This document shows positions 19,215 to 27,678 of a DNA stretch of 59,063 bases, in pieces. How positions within the stretch are numbered: the first letter of the stretch is position 1; each line of letters opens with the position of its first letter. This DNA is from a virus (taxonomy: Duplodnaviria; Caudoviricetes): positions 1 to 59,063 of the IMG/VR virus record IMGVR_UViG_3300032013_000003; one strand, given 5' to 3'. Below the pieces are notes generated by a model, which worked only from the letters and a program-made list of their open reading frames with translations, was not told the DNA's origin and did no database searches. The translations under genes were made by a program, and so were the position numbers.

Positions 19215-19570
19215 TTTCCGCCCCCCTCGATCCACCTCTGGATCACCCCGCACGCGGTGGGCCACGTCTCGCCTGCTTGGCGATCCCACGCGAGGGTCTG
19301 CAAGATCATCCGGTCCTGCTCGGACAGCGACGTCGCGCGGTGCAGTGAGACCAGCGCACGGGCCAGCTGGCGAAAACCGGGTCGCGACGGGTCGACCGGC
19401 ATCGACAGCACGATGTGCGCGTAGGTCAGCGCCTGGTCGATCGTCCACTCCCTGGGAGGCTCGTCGTCGGGCGATGGCTTGTGCATCGACTCGGTGACCT
19501 CCTCGTCGGACCCGGCGATCGGGTGCGGGCGAGTAAGGCGCGGAATGGTGGTGCGTGAGGAGTCGGTCAT
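19211..19570 (-). CDS. Hypothetical protein
   Basis: Coupled ORF. Confidence 0.5.
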   Translation of the reverse strand: MTDSSRTTIPRLTRPHPIAGSDEEVTESMHKPSPDDEPPREWTIDQALTYAHIVLSMPVDPSRPGFRQLARALVSLHRATSLSEQDRMILQTLAWDRQAGETWPTACGVIQRWIEGGGK

Positions 19571-19911
19571 TGGACCACCTTGCGTCGGATGTCAGCAGCC
19601 AGGTCCGCCGCTTCCTCGTGAGAGATGAGTGTCGGCTCCAACGAATTGCGCGGCGACGACATCAGGTAGCCATCGCTGGTTCGCTCGGCCGCGCACCTCC
19701 TGAAGTCTTCTGACTCACCGCGCTCGATGGCCGAGGCGATTGCCAACATCTCCTCTCCGGTCCCCTCTATGTCGGCGTTGCCAAGCCTCGACGAGCAACG
19801 CAAGGCTGCTCCGAACTCCGTGCGCTCGAACCACCTGCGCCCGTCGTGTTCGGCGCGCTCGATGAGCCACCAGTTATCGATCGAATCGCACTTGCTGAGC
19901 ACGCACTTCAT
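19567..19911 (-). CDS. Hypothetical protein
   Basis: Coupled ORF. Confidence 0.55.
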   Translation of the reverse strand: MKCVLSKCDSIDNWWLIERAEHDGRRWFERTEFGAALRCSSRLGNADIEGTGEEMLAIASAIERGESEDFRRCAAERTSDGYLMSSPRNSLEPTLISHEEAADLAADIRRKVVQ

Positions 19912-20420
19912 GACTCCACGTCCGTTCTGTCGAACTGTTCGTCGACGGTGACTACCGGCAGATCTCCGTGTGGTCCGTTGAAGTCACCAGGAACTACTGG
20001 GCACGTCATAGGATCCATGTCCGCATGCCTCGCCACGCTCGCGGCCACATCATGCCTGCGCTGCTCGTCGATGACGTCGCACTGAGCGAGGACCCCGGCC
20101 TGCCAGTCGGGCGATGGTGCAGGAACCGGCATGTCGCGGCCGGCCGTCAGGATCTCGCGCTTGAGCCAGCCGGCCCATTCGGCCTTCGAGCGGGGCACCG
20201 TGTCTGCCTCGTTCGCAGCGTACCCTCGCTGCTCGGGGCGCGACGATAGGTAGGTGCCGTACGCCAGCTCGGCCGCGCGGACCTCGATCGGGTTGGCGCG
20301 AGCGGCCACGCCGAGCGAGCGGTACTCCGAGCAGCCCGGCACGTGGCACTCGATGCGCAGCAGTTCGTTGTTGTCGCGGTACACGCCGACCCACTTGTGC
20401 TTGTGTTCCTGTTTGTCCAT
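19908..20420 (-). CDS. Hypothetical protein (partial paralog of 31399..31671)
   Basis: AAGGGG RBS; EVRAAELA motif. Confidence 0.55.
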   Translation of the reverse strand: MDKQEHKHKWVGVYRDNNELLRIECHVPGCSEYRSLGVAARANPIEVRAAELAYGTYLSSRPEQRGYAANEADTVPRSKAEWAGWLKREILTAGRDMPVPAPSPDWQAGVLAQCDVIDEQRRHDVAASVARHADMDPMTCPVVPGDFNGPHGDLPVVTVDEQFDRTDVES

Positions 20421-20458
20421 ATCGTCCCCTTGTTGTGAGTCAGCGTGTTCGCGGAGTG

Positions 20459-20659
20459 CTACGCCGGCGGCGGCCAGCACGAGCGCATGTAGTTCGTGTC
20501 GCAGCAGTGCGACTCGACGACGAGGCGCGGCGGCGGGTCCGGGTTGCACACGCCGCCCGGAGTGCTGGCCTTGAACTCGGCGCCGCCTTCGACGTCGCGA
20601 AGTTCGGCGATGGTCAACGTGCGGATCGCTTCGACTGTCAGTTGCAGTTTCTTCCTCAT
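20459..20659 (-). CDS. RiPP (lanthipeptide-like) precursor peptide with double-glycine leader
   Basis: MRKKLQLTVEAIRTLTIAELRDVEGG leader; 40-aa core with 4 Cys and 5 Ser/Thr; AAGGAG RBS. Confidence 0.65.
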   Translation of the reverse strand: MRKKLQLTVEAIRTLTIAELRDVEGGAEFKASTPGGVCNPDPPPRLVVESHCCDTNYMRSCWPPPA

Positions 20660-20755
20660 TCCCTATCTCCTTGTTTCGTACTGCGTTGAAAGGGCCGGCC
20701 CTCGTCGGAATTGCCCTCGGATGCCCTCACGAGGTCACGACGAGGACCGGCGGAA

Positions 20756-21022
20756 TCACGGCGGCGACCAGCCCGTGCGGATGAGGGCCTCGGCTTCGGC
20801 GTCCGTGATCTCGGTCCATGTCGGATAGACATCCGAGAGCAACGCGTACGCGTTGACAGCCAGCGACAGCGCGCCTGCCACCGGAGTCCCGAGAGCACGA
20901 AACACCTCAGCGTAGACGCGCGTTCTCCGGTTGCCGTGCTCGGTGTAGACTCCGCCGCTCGCCGCGATCGCGCAGATCAGCGCCGCCTCTTCGCGCACAC
21001 GCTTGCTGTAGCGGGGTTTCAT
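20756..21022 (-). CDS. Hypothetical protein (paralog of 31148..31402)
   Basis: MKPRYSKR...AEAEALIRTGWSP. Confidence 0.65.
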   Translation of the reverse strand: MKPRYSKRVREEAALICAIAASGGVYTEHGNRRTRVYAEVFRALGTPVAGALSLAVNAYALLSDVYPTWTEITDAEAEALIRTGWSPP

Positions 21023-21024
21023 GG

Positions 21025-21558
21025 CTACCACGTCGGCTCGGTCAAGTCGCGTACGTACTTGGGCGCGGTGCGCGTACGCTTTGACTGCAGCTCCGGGATC
21101 GCTGGCGCGCCGAGGTCAGCGCGGACGACACCGACATGCTCGATGAGCCTGGTCGTGCGACTCGCAGCCTTCGCGGCGGCCTTGCGCTTCGCCTTGGTCG
21201 CCTTCTTGTTGTAGCGGCGCATGGCGGCGAGCCCCTGCGACTTCGGCACGGGGTTCAGCTTGTACTCGCCGGGCGCCATCAGGCCAGCACGGTCGAACGA
21301 GACGATCTCGCGCTGAGCGCTGGTCGGCAGTACGTAGCGGACGATGCGGTCGGCGTACTCGATGAACGCGGTGGACCGGAAGAAGTACGCGGCGACGACA
21401 CCCGGCTCCTTCTGCGTGGCCCGCGCGAACGCGCAGCACTTGCTGTTCTTCGCCTTGGCCTTCTTGATGTCGTCGACGGAGACCCCGATGAGCGCGGGCT
21501 GCGTTGCGTCGACGATTGGGAGATTCTTCTGCTTCGCGATGGTGTGGACGTAGGACAT
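21025..21558 (-). CDS. Basic hypothetical protein
   Basis: AAGGAG RBS; clean high-GC3 codon usage. Confidence 0.65.
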   Translation of the reverse strand: MSYVHTIAKQKNLPIVDATQPALIGVSVDDIKKAKAKNSKCCAFARATQKEPGVVAAYFFRSTAFIEYADRIVRYVLPTSAQREIVSFDRAGLMAPGEYKLNPVPKSQGLAAMRRYNKKATKAKRKAAAKAASRTTRLIEHVGVVRADLGAPAIPELQSKRTRTAPKYVRDLTEPTW

Positions 21559-21593
21559 TCTGTTGCTCCTTGGGAGTCACCTCCCTGCCGTGG

Positions 21594-22397
21594 TTACTGA
21601 CGCTTTCCGGTGCGGACGTCGTGCAGCGTCTGTGCGAGCTGAGCCATCGCCAGCCGCGTTGTGACGATCTCCTCGCTCAGGCTCACGTTGATGGCGCGCA
21701 TCTGCTCGCAGTCCTCGAGCGCTGCGAGGCGAAGGGCTTCGGCTTCCTTGAGTGCGCGGTTCATCTTGCACGAGTCGGCCGTCTGCTTGATGAGGCGGTT
21801 CACTGTCTCGCGGTGCATTGACCCCTCGCGCTCGAGCCGCTGCCGTTCGGTGCGCAGGAGGACGTCGAGATGGACCACATTGTTGCGCTCGGCGTAGAGC
21901 TCGGCGGTCGTGTCGGCGAGGGCCTTGTCGGACCGGTCGAACTTCGCCTGGTACTCGGCGCCGAGTGACTGCTGAACGCTCAACTGGCGCTGAAGCGTCT
22001 GGACCGTGGCGCCAAGATTCGCGACTCGCTCGGTCATGGTGTCGAGCTCGAGTTCGCGCCGGCCGAGCAGCTCGCAGATGAACCGGACGTGCTGGCCGCT
22101 GCCGCACAGCGCCCACAGGTCGTCGTACGCGTGCTTGGTCTCGCCGCAGACGTTCGCGGCGACGTCGGACATCCGATCGTCGATCGATACGCTGTTCTCG
22201 TCGAGCTCGACGTCGAGATGGGGCAGCACCGCGACGGGGCGGACGTACGGCAGCCGCTCGGGCGCGGGCTGGCCGACGATCGTCGGCTCGCTCGAGTCGG
22301 GACAGCGCCCCACGTCGATGAGGGGCGGGCGCATGTCGACGGTGATCGCGCTGTGGATCGCGAGGTCGTGCATGGCGATATCGTAGGAGGCGGTCAC
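21594..22397 (-). CDS. Coiled-coil protein
   Basis: Long heptad region. Confidence 0.6.
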   Translation of the reverse strand: MTASYDIAMHDLAIHSAITVDMRPPLIDVGRCPDSSEPTIVGQPAPERLPYVRPVAVLPHLDVELDENSVSIDDRMSDVAANVCGETKHAYDDLWALCGSGQHVRFICELLGRRELELDTMTERVANLGATVQTLQRQLSVQQSLGAEYQAKFDRSDKALADTTAELYAERNNVVHLDVLLRTERQRLEREGSMHRETVNRLIKQTADSCKMNRALKEAEALRLAALEDCEQMRAINVSLSEEIVTTRLAMAQLAQTLHDVRTGKRQ

Positions 22398-22479
22398 GGT
22401 CAGTCCTTTCGAGATTCGACCCACAGGAGGGCCGCGAGTGAGGCGATTGCGACGTAGCGGAGGGCGTTGGCGAGGTGCT

Positions 22480-22659
22480 TCACGGCTTGGCTCCGTTGCG
22501 GGCGTTCCATGCTTCGGCGCAGAGAGCACGGGCGTCGCGGTCGCCGCGGATCGCTCGACCGATCATCTCCTGATCGAGGGCTGCTCGACCGAGCCAACCG
22601 GTGTTGTGCCGGAGCCAGTTCAGCTGCTCGTAGCAGATCGTCTCAGCGGTCACCCTCAC
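22480..22659 (-). CDS. Hypothetical protein (59 aa, not in ORF track)
   Basis: VRVTAETICYEQL...ARALCAEAWNAR; GGAGGGAG RBS. Confidence 0.5.
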   Translation of the reverse strand: MRVTAETICYEQLNWLRHNTGWLGRAALDQEMIGRAIRGDRDARALCAEAWNARNGAKP

Positions 22660-22738
22660 GGCTCCCTCCTTCCGCCCATCAGCGCCCAGATGCCGAGGGT
22701 CAGCACGGCGAGCAGGAGGATGGTGGCGTGGCCGTCGG

Positions 22739-22921
22739 TCATCGCTTCCTCCCAGTCTTCATCGAGTCGGCGACGCGCTCCCAGCCCCACGAGACCATCT
22801 CGAACATCGCCTCTTCCGCGATCGTCTCGAGTTCGTCCTCGGTAGAGTCGTCGTCGACCTCAATGACCGCGACGCGACGGCAACCGACCAGCCCGATCGA
22901 CACGTTCACAGCGATTTTCAC
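22739..22921 (-). CDS. Small acidic hypothetical protein
   Basis: GGAGG RBS; coupled. Confidence 0.55.
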   Translation of the reverse strand: MKIAVNVSIGLVGCRRVAVIEVDDDSTEDELETIAEEAMFEMVSWGWERVADSMKTGRKR

Positions 22922-23130
22922 GGCCGACCTCCATGCATCGCCTCGATCCAGATCTCCGCCGCTTCGGAGGCGCAGAACCGGATTGGCTGCGTCGTCGCGC
23001 GAGGATCCACGTCGACCGACGGCATCGGCAGGTAGAGTTGCCCGACGTCGACGACGGGAAGCTTCCGGCCGTTCGCGGCCACGGTCGGCGTCCAATCGAC
23101 GGGGAGGCGCTGGGTCTCGTGCGGCTTCAC
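22918..23130 (-). CDS. Hypothetical protein
   Basis: Coupled ORF. Confidence 0.45.
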   Translation of the reverse strand: MKPHETQRLPVDWTPTVAANGRKLPVVDVGQLYLPMPSVDVDPRATTQPIRFCASEAAEIWIEAMHGGRP

Positions 23131-23360
23131 AGCGAACCGTCCGTCGCGAGGAACGCCATTGCGCACGGGTCCTGGGAGTCGATCCTGATCTGCTCGAGGC
23201 GTTGGTCGGTCGGCGACCCCTCTGGCGCGTCGGCCAGTTCGCGGTCCAGCTCGTCTAGCTGGAACTGCAGGATGGCGCGCGCCATCTGGTCGGGCTCGCG
23301 GCGCTGCTCCTGGATAACGGAGCGACGCTCGGCGAGGGTGTCTTGCGCCGAGCGCTTCAC
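23127..23360 (-). CDS. Hypothetical protein
   Basis: Coupled ORF. Confidence 0.5.
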   Translation of the reverse strand: MKRSAQDTLAERRSVIQEQRREPDQMARAILQFQLDELDRELADAPEGSPTDQRLEQIRIDSQDPCAMAFLATDGSL

Positions 23361-23551
23361 GGCCGCACCGTCCTCAGGTCGAGGTGGGCAGCGCGCGCGT
23401 CGCACTCCTCGGCGCGATCGAGACGCATCTGGCACTGGTCGCCGACGAAGCGCGAGGCGTCGGTACGGAGCGAGACGGCGAGAGCGCGCCAGGCAGAGGC
23501 GTGACCGCCGACGGAGGAGAGGGATTCGAAGAGGGCGAGTGGTGAGGGCAT
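23357..23551 (-). CDS. First gene of the leftward early operon
   Basis: Directly downstream of a PL-like promoter. Confidence 0.5.
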   Translation of the reverse strand: MPSPLALFESLSSVGGHASAWRALAVSLRTDASRFVGDQCQMRLDRAEECDARAAHLDLRTVRP

Positions 23552-23557
23552 GCCGCT

Positions 23558-23598
23558 ATAGTGGCAAGCACCTCTTGTCTTGTCAAGTCAGACTTGGC
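23558..23598 (-). promoter_or_regulatory. PL-like promoter overlapped by operator GCCAAGTC-T-GACTTGAC
   Basis: TTGACA-17nt-CACTAT, 6 nt before ATG 23551; inverted repeat shares half-site with 24168-24189. Confidence 0.7.
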
Positions 23599-23758
23599 GA
23601 CGCCGTGTCGATTTCGCTCGCCCTCTTGCGTCAGATTGGCGATCCGCGAGCAACCTCACGACTTTCAGCACGACCTCGATCGCTTCGTTGTCGTTCCGGA
23701 TTAGCCGCACAACACGCAGCACCTTCTCGTCCGGCACGTCCAGCACCGAAGCACCCAT
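23588..23758 (-). CDS. Small protein downstream of repressor (56 aa)
   Basis: MGASVLDVPDEKVLRVVRLI; fills the gap between repressor and PL. Confidence 0.4.
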   Translation of the reverse strand: MGASVLDVPDEKVLRVVRLIRNDNEAIEVVLKVVRLLADRQSDARGRAKSTRRRQV

Positions 23759-23789
23759 CGAACGGCAATACTACGCCGGCGTCTGGCGC

Positions 23790-24137
23790 TCAAGCCTTCT
23801 TCGTACCAAACCGTCGCGCTATCTGTTCCACGAGCGCTTTGTCAGCCTCCGATAACTCGGGCCATCTGCGGATGAGTTCGCGGAGTCTGTCGTCGATGAG
23901 GGGCGCTACCCCACTTGGGGGCGTTCCGCCGAGCGCCGCCACGATTGCGGCCCATTCGTAGGTCCAACTCGCCGTCCCATTAAGGAGCAAATATAGGTTC
24001 TGCCGGGTCATGCCGGCGCGACGCGCCAACTCTGCGCGTGTCCACTTGCGATCGGCCAGCCGGCGCTCGATCCATGCCTTGTCTTCCTTGGTCACGCGGT
24101 ACGGCGTGCGTGGCTGCTGCTCCTTGGAGTCCGGCAT
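23790..24137 (-). CDS. CI-like XRE HTH repressor
   Basis: WTRAELARRAGMTRQNLYLLLNG HTH; divergent from cro-like gene. Confidence 0.8.
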   Translation of the reverse strand: MPDSKEQQPRTPYRVTKEDKAWIERRLADRKWTRAELARRAGMTRQNLYLLLNGTASWTYEWAAIVAALGGTPPSGVAPLIDDRLRELIRRWPELSEADKALVEQIARRFGTKKA

Positions 24138-24167
24138 GGTCGGATTTCCTCGGTAACACGAGCAGAT

Positions 24168-24209
24168 GCCAAGTCGCTCTTGACTTGGCGGACAAGTGTG
24201 CCTTACCTT
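24168..24209 (+). promoter_or_regulatory. PR-like promoter with operator GCCAAGTC-6nt-GACTTGGC
   Basis: Perfect 8-bp inverted repeat overlapping TTGACT; TACCTT -10 element 7 nt before the cro ATG. Confidence 0.7.
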
Positions 24210-24216
24210 TGTGGTC

Positions 24217-24453
24217 ATGACTGATGGTCAGCGGCTGATGAGATGGCGTAAGGCTCGTGGGATTTCGCGGCAAAAGCTGGCGAAGACCCTTGCGGTTTCG
24301 CGACAGACGATCCTCGCGTGGGAAACCGGGACTTGGCAGCCATCGGAGGATCGGTGGCCGCAGATCGCGCGCGCACTTGGATTGCCTGCGCCGAGGCAGG
24401 CGAAGCAGTACGCCCCACTCCCCGAACCTCCGACCGCGCGAGCCGCCTCGTGA
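24217..24453 (+). CDS. Cro-like XRE HTH regulator
   Basis: RKARGISRQKLAKTLAVSRQTILAWETG. Confidence 0.85.
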   Translation: MTDGQRLMRWRKARGISRQKLAKTLAVSRQTILAWETGTWQPSEDRWPQIARALGLPAPRQAKQYAPLPEPPTARAAS

Positions 24454-24710
24454 CAATTCACCCGGCTCTCGGTAACCACCTCATTCCGGAGTGCCATGCT
24501 GGTTGTTTGCACAGCGAGCCTCCGGCGCACTACGTACTTCTGCGCAGTACACCTTTCGCGGCCCGCTCGCCCCTGTCCCTCGCGTCCAACGTTGAGCGCA
24601 GCGTCACCCAGCACGCGCTCCGTCGTACTGGCACCGCTCCCTCCCGGGCGGTGTCGCGAGGGTCTGCTCGGGGCGAGCGGGCCGCCCTTTCTCTCACCGT
24701 GGAGTCCTGA

Positions 24711-25796
24711 GTGGAAAACCTCGTCCAACGTCTGATGTCGAGCCGCACCGACTGGCTCGAGCACCTCGAGAACGATCTGCGCATCTCGGTCGTGCGCGAC
24801 GGCGACCTCGCCTCGCTCAAGTACAACCAGATCGAGTCGCCGATGGCCGACCCGATGGTCCAGCAGTGCCGCGGCATGGTCGTCGACGTCGCACGTGAAC
24901 GTGTCCTGGCGTGGCCCTACAACAAGTTTTGGAACTTCGGCGAGCACCTCGCGGCGCCGCTCGACTGGTCGACCGCGCGCGTGCAGGAGAAGCTCGATGG
25001 ATCGCTGATGATCCTCTACTTCGACCGCGAGTGGTGCGTGGCGTCCAGTGGACACCCGACGGCGGGCGGCTCGTTCGGCGCCGACACCAGGACGTTCCGC
25101 GATGCGTTCTGGTCCGTGTGGAACGACCTCGGCATGAAGCCTCCGACCGCTGCGCGCTCGCAGCACACGACGTTCATGTTCGAACTGTGCGACTCGCCCA
25201 ACCGCGTGGTCGTGCGCCACGAGAAGCCTCGTCTCGTCCTGCACGGCGCGCGAGATCTGGAGGGTGGCGAGATGCATCACAACGACCTCGGGCTGCTGGC
25301 CGACAAGCTCGGATGGGAGCATGTCGCTGACCATCCGATCTCCACAGTCGCGGACTGCCTCGCGGCTGCCGAGGCGCTCGACCCGCTCAAGCAGGAGGGT
25401 TTCGTCGTCGTCGACGCCTCGTTCAACCGCGTCAAGATCAAGTCGCCGCGCTACGTCATCCTGCACCACCTCAAGGGCGAGGCAACCCCGCGGCGAGCGA
25501 TCGAACTGTGGCAGACCGGCGAGACCGAGGAACTGCTCAACAGCTTCCCCGAGTTCAAGCCGGTCATCGAGCCGATTCACGCCGACCTGGACCTGATCGC
25601 GGCGCAGTGCGTGAAGGACTTCGAGGAAAACATGCCGCGCGCGAGCCGCAAGGAGTTCGCGATGGCCGTGAAGGACCGGCCGTGGTCGTCGGTGCTGTTC
25701 AGGATGCTCGGCGAGGAGCGGCACGACGTGGAGACCGCGAAGGCGATCATGCGGCGCGGCTCGCTGCAGAGCCTGGAGAGGATGCTCGGGCGATGA
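24711..25796 (+). CDS. RNA ligase, T4 Rnl1-like
   Basis: CRG, KFWNFGE, EKLDGS (adenylation motif), TFMFEL, EGFVV, KIKS. Confidence 0.88.
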   Translation: MENLVQRLMSSRTDWLEHLENDLRISVVRDGDLASLKYNQIESPMADPMVQQCRGMVVDVARERVLAWPYNKFWNFGEHLAAPLDWSTARVQEKLDGSLMILYFDREWCVASSGHPTAGGSFGADTRTFRDAFWSVWNDLGMKPPTAARSQHTTFMFELCDSPNRVVVRHEKPRLVLHGARDLEGGEMHHNDLGLLADKLGWEHVADHPISTVADCLAAAEALDPLKQEGFVVVDASFNRVKIKSPRYVILHHLKGEATPRRAIELWQTGETEELLNSFPEFKPVIEPIHADLDLIAAQCVKDFEENMPRASRKEFAMAVKDRPWSSVLFRMLGEERHDVETAKAIMRRGSLQSLERMLGR

Positions 25797-26185
25797 AATC
25801 CGCCGCATCCCCCCAAAAGGTCCCCAATTCGGGGAGTAAATCCGGCGATCGGGCCGAGAACACCCCCAGGCCGCGAGGTCGCCCACTCGGCATGCGCGAT
25901 CGCCACGGTCGGTGCGTGCCTGCGCGCTGTGACCTGGCCAGCGCGTCGTGGCGTGCGTTCTGCCGCGACTTCGGGCACCGGCTCGAGAAGCTGATGGCCG
26001 AGCGTGATGTCGCGGCCACCGAGCTCGCAGCGGCTACGAGCTTCCACCTCGGCTCGATCCAGGCGTGGCGCCGCGGTGCGCGGATGCCGAACACCCACGG
26101 GCTAGCGGTGATCGCCATGGCGCTCGGATGCGCGTTGGTCGACCTGTTGCCCGCGCAGGCGCACGCGGCTGGGGGGGTCTCATGA
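25793..26185 (+). CDS. XRE-family HTH protein
   Basis: ELAAATSFHLGSIQAWRRGARMP...IAMALGC. Confidence 0.7.
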   Translation: MKSAASPQKVPNSGSKSGDRAENTPRPRGRPLGMRDRHGRCVPARCDLASASWRAFCRDFGHRLEKLMAERDVAATELAAATSFHLGSIQAWRRGARMPNTHGLAVIAMALGCALVDLLPAQAHAAGGVS

Positions 26186-26436
26186 CCGCCTCCTACTTCG
26201 ACCACCTGACCACGCCTCGCCACCAGCACGTACCCGACAGCGATGGCCTGTGCTCGTACCTGCTGGTCGTCGACGGGGCGTTCGTGCAGTCGTTGTCGCC
26301 CGTCAAGACGACGCTGTCAGACCTCGAGGCGATCGCGTTCCTGTGGCCGCACTCGGAGGCGGAGAGGTGGTTTCGCGAACTGGTGGAGCGGTGGCCGTAT
26401 CTGAGAGGCGCGCAGGCGGTGAGGGGTCGCCCATGA
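26182..26436 (+). CDS. Hypothetical protein
   Basis: Coupled ORF. Confidence 0.5.
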   Translation: MTASYFDHLTTPRHQHVPDSDGLCSYLLVVDGAFVQSLSPVKTTLSDLEAIAFLWPHSEAERWFRELVERWPYLRGAQAVRGRP

Positions 26437-26945
26437 CCAGACGAGGCGAGAGATTAACAAGCGGCATGACGAACGCGGAGCGGCTTCGTTTACTGCGCGC
26501 CGATGCCGTTGCTCGAGGGCTGTGTCTGGAGTGCAGGTGCAGAACGCCACGCGATGAACTCAAAACATGCGACGTGTGTTTGCAGCGCGCGAGAGACCGC
26601 ATCGAGTCTCACCGCCTGCGCGGCAAGTGCGACTGTGGTCGGCGGCCACCGCCCGGACTGTCGATGTGCAACAAGTGCCGTGCGCGATCTTCCAGAAGGA
26701 ATGCCCAGGACCGTAGTCGACTCGTCGCCGAGCAGATCTGTCCGCGGTGCCGGAACGGTCAGCCGCGGGACGGTCGTCGTCAGTGCGACGCATGCCTTGT
26801 TGATCTACGCGAACGGGCAAGCCGTCGGTATTGGAGCAGCAGGCCGGAGCGCGAGCGAACCCCTCCGACCTGCTCGGAGTGTGGCGAACAAGGCCACCTC
26901 GCCAGCCGACACCGCCCTGACTGGAGACTGGAGTCTCGCCCATGA
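26433..26945 (+). CDS. Multi-zinc-finger basic protein
   Basis: Repeated CxxC pairs and a C-terminal CxxCxxxGH knuckle. Confidence 0.65.
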   Translation: MTRRGERLTSGMTNAERLRLLRADAVARGLCLECRCRTPRDELKTCDVCLQRARDRIESHRLRGKCDCGRRPPPGLSMCNKCRARSSRRNAQDRSRLVAEQICPRCRNGQPRDGRRQCDACLVDLRERASRRYWSSRPERERTPPTCSECGEQGHLASRHRPDWRLESRP

Positions 26946-27118
26946 CCCTCCGCACCACCGCTCGCATCTACTCGACCCTCCTCGTCGCGTTCGTCGTCGC
27001 CGTCTACGTCGCGCTGTACATCCTCGCCGGCGCGTGGCCGATCGTGGCGCTGGCGGTATTCGGTGGGCTGTTGATCGCCGCGGCGGTTGGCGGGCTCTGC
27101 TTTGATGGTGAGCCGTGA
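26942..27118 (+). CDS. Small membrane protein
   Basis: Two hydrophobic helices. Confidence 0.55.
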   Translation: MTLRTTARIYSTLLVAFVVAVYVALYILAGAWPIVALAVFGGLLIAAAVGGLCFDGEP

Positions 27119-27678
27119 TTGCTGGACAGCTCGCCTTCTCGCTCCCTGGCCAGGCGACCGATCGATCTGGCCCCTGGATCGTGAGCCATAAGTTCGACCG
27201 CGACGGAGCTCGTCTCGCGGACGGTCACTACTCTCGACGCACACCAGGGAGCCCGCAATTCATGCCGCCCGGCGAGACGTTCATATTGGTCACCCCAGCC
27301 CGAGACGCGGTGTTCGGCTGGTGGCGCCCCCATCCGCGCGCCGGGATCGTCGCTATGAACGGCCTCGACGGCTGGACATGCAGCATATTCCGCAACACCG
27401 GCCCGTCGCTATCGAGCGCACTCGTCCTCGCAGCAGAGGAAGAGTTGGCGCTGGCATGGAGCCGTGGAGATCTCGCTGCACCGTGCGGTCCTGACGGGCT
27501 TCTAACGTATGTCTGGCCGCGCAAAATCCGATCGACCAACCCGGGCTGGTGCTTCCAACTCGCTGGGTGGAGGCGCTCGAAGTGGACCAGGAGCGGCAAG
27601 AGGCTGCTGCACAAACCGTGGCACCTCGCCGGGATTGCGGCGTGCGAGTGGCCAAGGGTTGAGGCGATCGTCGCATGA
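27115..27678 (+). CDS. Putative Mom-like GNAT-fold DNA modification protein
   Basis: HYSRR, CSIFRN, LLTYV...NPGWCFQLAGW resemble Mom/XF1762-like families. Confidence 0.5.
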   Translation: MIAGQLAFSLPGQATDRSGPWIVSHKFDRDGARLADGHYSRRTPGSPQFMPPGETFILVTPARDAVFGWWRPHPRAGIVAMNGLDGWTCSIFRNTGPSLSSALVLAAEEELALAWSRGDLAAPCGPDGLLTYVWPRKIRSTNPGWCFQLAGWRRSKWTRSGKRLLHKPWHLAGIAACEWPRVEAIVA

